A stretch of 29,708 nucleotides of DNA from a virus (lineage: Duplodnaviria; Heunggongvirae; Uroviricota; Caudoviricetes): the IMG/VR virus record IMGVR_UViG_2778261227_000004. One strand, written 5' to 3'. This document shows positions 26,705-29,708 of this stretch, one piece after another. Position 1 is the first letter of the stretch, and each line of letters begins with the position of its first letter. Below the pieces are notes generated by a model. It did no database searches. It was given only the letters and a program-made list of their open reading frames with translations, and was not told where the DNA came from. A program made the translations under genes and the position numbers.

Positions 26705-27066
26705 GCCGTAGCCCCTTCTTGATATTTTTCAAACCAGAACACAACTGGGTCAGATTTCATTTCAACCAATCCCATACGAACCAGCGCCTTGCCTTTCCCG
26801 GACGCAAGGAATTCACGACGACCATCACTGATAATTCGCCGATAATCTTCCAGGCTACTGCAATGCTTGTGCAGATTGCATGGGTGGCATGCCGGAACCA
26901 TGTTGGATATATCGTCACGTTCCTGGTGAAGCATATTTCCATCAAAACGGATGACCGGTTTTACATGGTCTGCATGCCACTTTTCGCCAAGTTCGCAGCC
27001 GCAATAAGCGCAGCGACCACCGAACTTCATGCGCAGTTCTGCACGTTGTTTTTTCGTCAGTGACAT
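26701..27066 (-). CDS. HNH endonuclease (121 aa)
   Basis: C-x2-C ... HADH ... N-x4-C-x2-CN pattern: ...[23 protein letters not shown]...[13 protein letters not shown]... Confidence 0.75.
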   Translation of the reverse strand: MSLTKKQRAELRMKFGGRCAYCGCELGEKWHADHVKPVIRFDGNMLHQERDDISNMVPACHPCNLHKHCSSLEDYRRIISDGRREFLASGKGKALVRMGLVEMKSDPVVFWFEKYQEGATA

Positions 27067-27067
27067 A

Positions 27068-27286
27068 TCAGCTTTCCTTATACGGATTAATTTTATTGTG
27101 TAGTGTGTTGAATGGTCCCCATATCACATCGGTATATAACTCAATAATAGGTTCAATTATTTTCACGATTATCCAGACAAAAATTAGCGGGGATATCGGT
27201 ATCATCAACACGATAAACAGAATGAGAAACAAAAATTCTGTCGCTCTACTTTTTCGCGGATATTCTTTTCTGAATAATGTAGTCAT
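27068..27286 (-). CDS. 72-aa single-pass membrane protein (AT-rich cassette)
   Basis: ...FLFLILFIVLMIPISPLIFVWIIVKII...; local GC about 33 percent; stop is 1 nt from the HNH start. Confidence 0.45.
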   Translation of the reverse strand: MTTLFRKEYPRKSRATEFLFLILFIVLMIPISPLIFVWIIVKIIEPIIELYTDVIWGPFNTLHNKINPYKES

Positions 27287-27318
27287 TTCTTACCGCCCTT
27301 TCGGGCGGCCTCCTGACA

Positions 27319-27531
27319 TTAATCGTTGTGATAACTCATAGCTTCATTTGCAGCATCAACTGGATCAACATCCCACCAGCAATAATTTGGTTCGACTCCT
27401 TCAGGTGTCCACGGCTCTAATTCATTTTTTGCCGCATTCTCGTCGCCAGTAATTTTAAAAATCTGCTCAGAAAATTTCCTCACCCACTCGTTATATTTTT
27501 CCGCATTAATGGTTTTCTGTGTATTTAACAT
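27319..27531 (-). CDS. hypothetical 70-aa protein (AT-rich cassette)
   Basis: ATG 27531 preceded by GGAGGT; AT-rich promoter-like sequence upstream (27532-27581). Confidence 0.45.
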   Translation of the reverse strand: MLNTQKTINAEKYNEWVRKFSEQIFKITGDENAAKNELEPWTPEGVEPNYCWWDVDPVDAANEAMSYHND

Positions 27532-27581
27532 AGATATACCTCCAGTTAAGGATTTGATTTTATTTACAGTGCTAAATTTAT

Positions 27582-27938
27582 TTATTCAGTTCTGGATTTC
27601 GTCGCCCTGCGTATCCGCGCTTTCGCGTTACGCTCAATCTGAATTAACTTTTCTATATTTTTCCGTCTTTCCTGTTCCTCCTGGCGCAATAGCCTTACAT
27701 CATCTGCCAGTCTGGTTTCTCTTTTCGCCACAGAGAGCATCCAGTCAAACGGCTCCACAACTGCACCGCAGATTTTACAGCGGACCTGACGCTCTTTTTC
27801 GTCAACCCGGACAGAAGCGTGATGACAATATGGTCTTTCCGATGGCTCATAAAGAAAATTAACCTGATTACGTGGGTCATCCTCTTTTACCGGAAATAAA
27901 ACAATATTACTTAACTCATCTTCTGGTTTGATTTCCAT
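27582..27938 (-). CDS. hypothetical zinc-binding protein (about 118 aa; C-HH...C-x2-C) with basic coiled-coil tail
   Basis: Start placed at ATG 27938 preceded by AAGGAGAGG; ...PYCHHASV...VRCKICGAV... Confidence 0.45.
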   Translation of the reverse strand: MEIKPEDELSNIVLFPVKEDDPRNQVNFLYEPSERPYCHHASVRVDEKERQVRCKICGAVVEPFDWMLSVAKRETRLADDVRLLRQEEQERRKNIEKLIQIERNAKARIRRATKSRTE

Positions 27939-28476
27939 GCTCCTCTCCTTTGATGCGAATGCCAGCGGCGCGTGGCACATTAGCTTCCACGATGCGCACA
28001 GTTGGTTTGTACATCTCAATCGCTGCCAGCCAGTCAGCTCCTGTCATGCGCTTTTCTGCATCGCCATTAGTCCACTGAACCGGTACACCAATAGCCTTCA
28101 TCGCAATTTCTATTTCCCCGGCAATGGCGCTTTTTCCGCAACCAGTAAAACCAGATACAACGACAAGAACTTCGCCCTTGGCCGGTTTTATTTCCCGCGC
28201 TTCCAGCTCTTTAACGCGCTCCTCGAGTTCGTAGACTCTGCATTGTTCTTTATCATCAATCAGATATAACCCAAGACATTCGCTTTCTACCCAGCCACCG
28301 AAATCATGATCGTAACGCTCACATGAAAACTCACCGTCGCTGTCCTTTGTTGGGATGGTGTAGCTATCTAATGGGCCACCATACGTCGGCACATTTCCCA
28401 ATGTCGGATGCTCAATCCACATGAAAAATGCACGTCCGGTTATTGGGCAAATATCTGGTCGCCATTGGTTACTCAC
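27916..28476 (-). CDS. P-loop NTPase-like protein with Walker A in the C-terminal half
   Basis: GTG 28476 preceded by AGGAGG (alternative ATG at 28503 or 28422); ...GEVLVVVSGFTGCGKSAIAGE... matches G-x4-GK[ST]; only about 65 residues follow. Confidence 0.5.
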   Translation of the reverse strand: MSNQWRPDICPITGRAFFMWIEHPTLGNVPTYGGPLDSYTIPTKDSDGEFSCERYDHDFGGWVESECLGLYLIDDKEQCRVYELEERVKELEAREIKPAKGEVLVVVSGFTGCGKSAIAGEIEIAMKAIGVPVQWTNGDAEKRMTGADWLAAIEMYKPTVRIVEANVPRAAGIRIKGEEHGNQTRR

Positions 28477-28768
28477 TGGTTGCCTCCTGGAAAATAACTG
28501 CATGCCCCAGCTTCTCCGCCAGTGCCAGTTCCGCCTTAGCGCCTGCTGACCGCTGCCAGCCTTTCAGCATGTAAATCGCATCCACACAACGAATCATTGC
28601 CATGCAAATATCCATGTAGTGTGGCTGTGTCAGCCCGTCCGGAAGTACTGCCGGGTTTAAGACGGTATGCCCTTCCCGTTTCAGTTCCTCTTCCACCTTG
28701 TCGAACGCCTCACGGTTGAAATTTTTATACCCGGTCATTGGACCAGCGATATAAACCCTCACCCTCAC
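28469..28768 (-). CDS. DUF4406-like (nucleoside 2-deoxyribosyltransferase-like) protein
   Basis: GTG 28768 preceded by AGGAGG, overlapping the upstream stop; MRVRVYIAGPMTGYKNFNREAFDKVEEELKREGHTVLNPA... recalled as the DUF4406 signature. Confidence 0.55.
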   Translation of the reverse strand: MRVRVYIAGPMTGYKNFNREAFDKVEEELKREGHTVLNPAVLPDGLTQPHYMDICMAMIRCVDAIYMLKGWQRSAGAKAELALAEKLGHAVIFQEATSE

Positions 28769-29193
28769 GCCATCACCTCCTGAAAATTACCCTGATAAAA
28801 CGCCAGCACACGATGCATAACCTCACTCTGACGGCACTCACGGCAAATTATGTTCTGGCTCCTGTCGTAGCGGCGTATTTCTCCGTCTGGTAACTTTCGA
28901 ATCAGTGTCAGGTCGGTTCTTTTCTCCGGTGTCTTACGCCATTCGCGATACGTCTGCTCTGACGCAAAAACACCGTATTTACCGGACATGTATAAATCGC
29001 CACAAGCCAGCACATCCACAAGGCAGCGTCGGACCGAATGCCAGCCTGCCCCAGTCGCCCTCTCCAGCTGCGACATCGTCATGCGTTCATTTTTGCGTAC
29101 CAACCCGATAATTCGTGCCTTCAGCTCTTCCCGCTGTTCGGGTGTATATGCTTTTGCCACAAGCCCTCCTGAAAAATCACCTTCACAATTCAT
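28765..29193 (-). CDS. hypothetical 142-aa protein with probable HTH
   Basis: ATG 29193 overlaps the P-like stop (ATGA); ...MTMSQLERATGAGWHSVRRCL... looks HTH-like; not similar to recalled lambda NinB or Ren. Confidence 0.45.
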   Translation of the reverse strand: MNCEGDFSGGLVAKAYTPEQREELKARIIGLVRKNERMTMSQLERATGAGWHSVRRCLVDVLACGDLYMSGKYGVFASEQTYREWRKTPEKRTDLTLIRKLPDGEIRRYDRSQNIICRECRQSEVMHRVLAFYQGNFQEVMA

Positions 29194-29708
29194 ACAAAAC
29201 CAGCCGCTTTCCGGCGCTCATATTCCTGTTTCAGCAACTCAATTGGTGTTGGCCACGACGGGCGTTCTGGTGCTGCCAGTTGCCGCCGTACGGGCGGAAC
29301 GCTGAAGCCATTACCAACATGCTTTGCCCATTTCGTCAGCTGCCGTTCTGCAAGCCGTTTTAACTCCCCTTCGGTCATCTGGCGCTCAATCCCCTTTGAA
29401 CGCATCTCGAGACAAATGTGATACAGCACAGGCTGAGACCACGGATATTTATCGCTCCCGTCGTATCGCCAGGACTCGTTGCGCCAGCGGCGGTACTCCT
29501 CCATCACGGCATCCACCGTCAGACTGAATGGATTGGCCCCGCTTTCCGAAATCAGCGCCACAAACTCAGCCAGGTCCGGAGGCCATGTTTCACCCGCCCG
29601 GCAGCGGTCCATGCACTGGCGGCAGACCTGCCGGATTTGCTGCTCAGTCATCGCACCAATCTGTGCAATCCAGAGCTTCGAAGGTGCGGCCCCGTTCTTC
29701 TGGGTCCA
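29190..29708 (-). CDS. replication protein P-like, C-terminal part (N-terminus probably beyond window end)
   Basis: The frame is open from the window edge through the first ATG at 29651; ...DKYPWSQPVLYHICLEMR...MTEGELKRLAERQL... parallels recalled lambda gpP C-terminal ...ESYPWKSNAHYWLVTNLY...LTDAELRRKAADEL... Confidence 0.5.
   Translation of the reverse strand, partial: WTQKNGAAPSKLWIAQIGAMTEQQIRQVCRQCMDRCRAGETWPPDLAEFVALISESGANPFSLTVDAVMEEYRRWRNESWRYDGSDKYPWSQPVLYHICLEMRSKGIERQMTEGELKRLAERQLTKWAKHVGNGFSVPPVRRQLAAPERPSWPTPIELLKQEYERRKAAGFV

Noticed and set aside
1-29708. Integrase, attachment sites, immunity region (cI/cro), tRNA and rRNA genes
   Set aside because: None seen; the window runs from replication gene P through the late region to tail gene J, so integration and immunity modules are expected outside it.

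Overview
This window reads as a lambda-like (enterobacterial, most likely Escherichia) prophage segment, with nearly all genes on the minus strand in lambda order. All calls rest on reading translations against recalled lambda proteins and Pfam-type motifs; no database search was run. From high to low coordinates: the C-terminal part of a P-like replication protein, a nin-like region carrying accessory cargo (DUF4406-like, a P-loop protein, an AT-rich two-gene cassette, an HNH nuclease operon, a plus-strand ParDE-like toxin-antitoxin pair, DUF968-like), a frameshifted rusA, a putative Q-like antiterminator with a candidate pR'/tR' pair, late-operon morons (orphan DPPY DNA methyltransferase, a plus-strand zinc-ribbon gene, a TerB-like gene plus tiny membrane protein), a lysis cassette (holin-like, second membrane protein, GH108-like endolysin) with no recognisable Rz/Rz1, several small genes, a lambda-type cos site, then a complete lambda-type head set (Nu1, A, W, B, C/Nu3, D, E, FI, FII) and tail set (Z, U, V, G/GT, H, M, L, K, I, partial J). 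Main anomalies: an in-frame TAG inside tail chaperone gene G, a frameshift in rusA, and four 138-bp in-frame tandem repeats in C/Nu3. I cannot single out one undescribed system with confidence; the best candidates are the TerB-like module (20311-21445), the HNH/114-aa/27-aa operon with the adjacent AT-rich cassette (26280-27600), the membrane-peptide/lipoprotein pair after the endolysin (18500-18797) and the P-loop protein (27916-28476). Many adjacent genes overlap by ATGA/GTGA, and several starts are GTG/TTG, so start coordinates are approximate.
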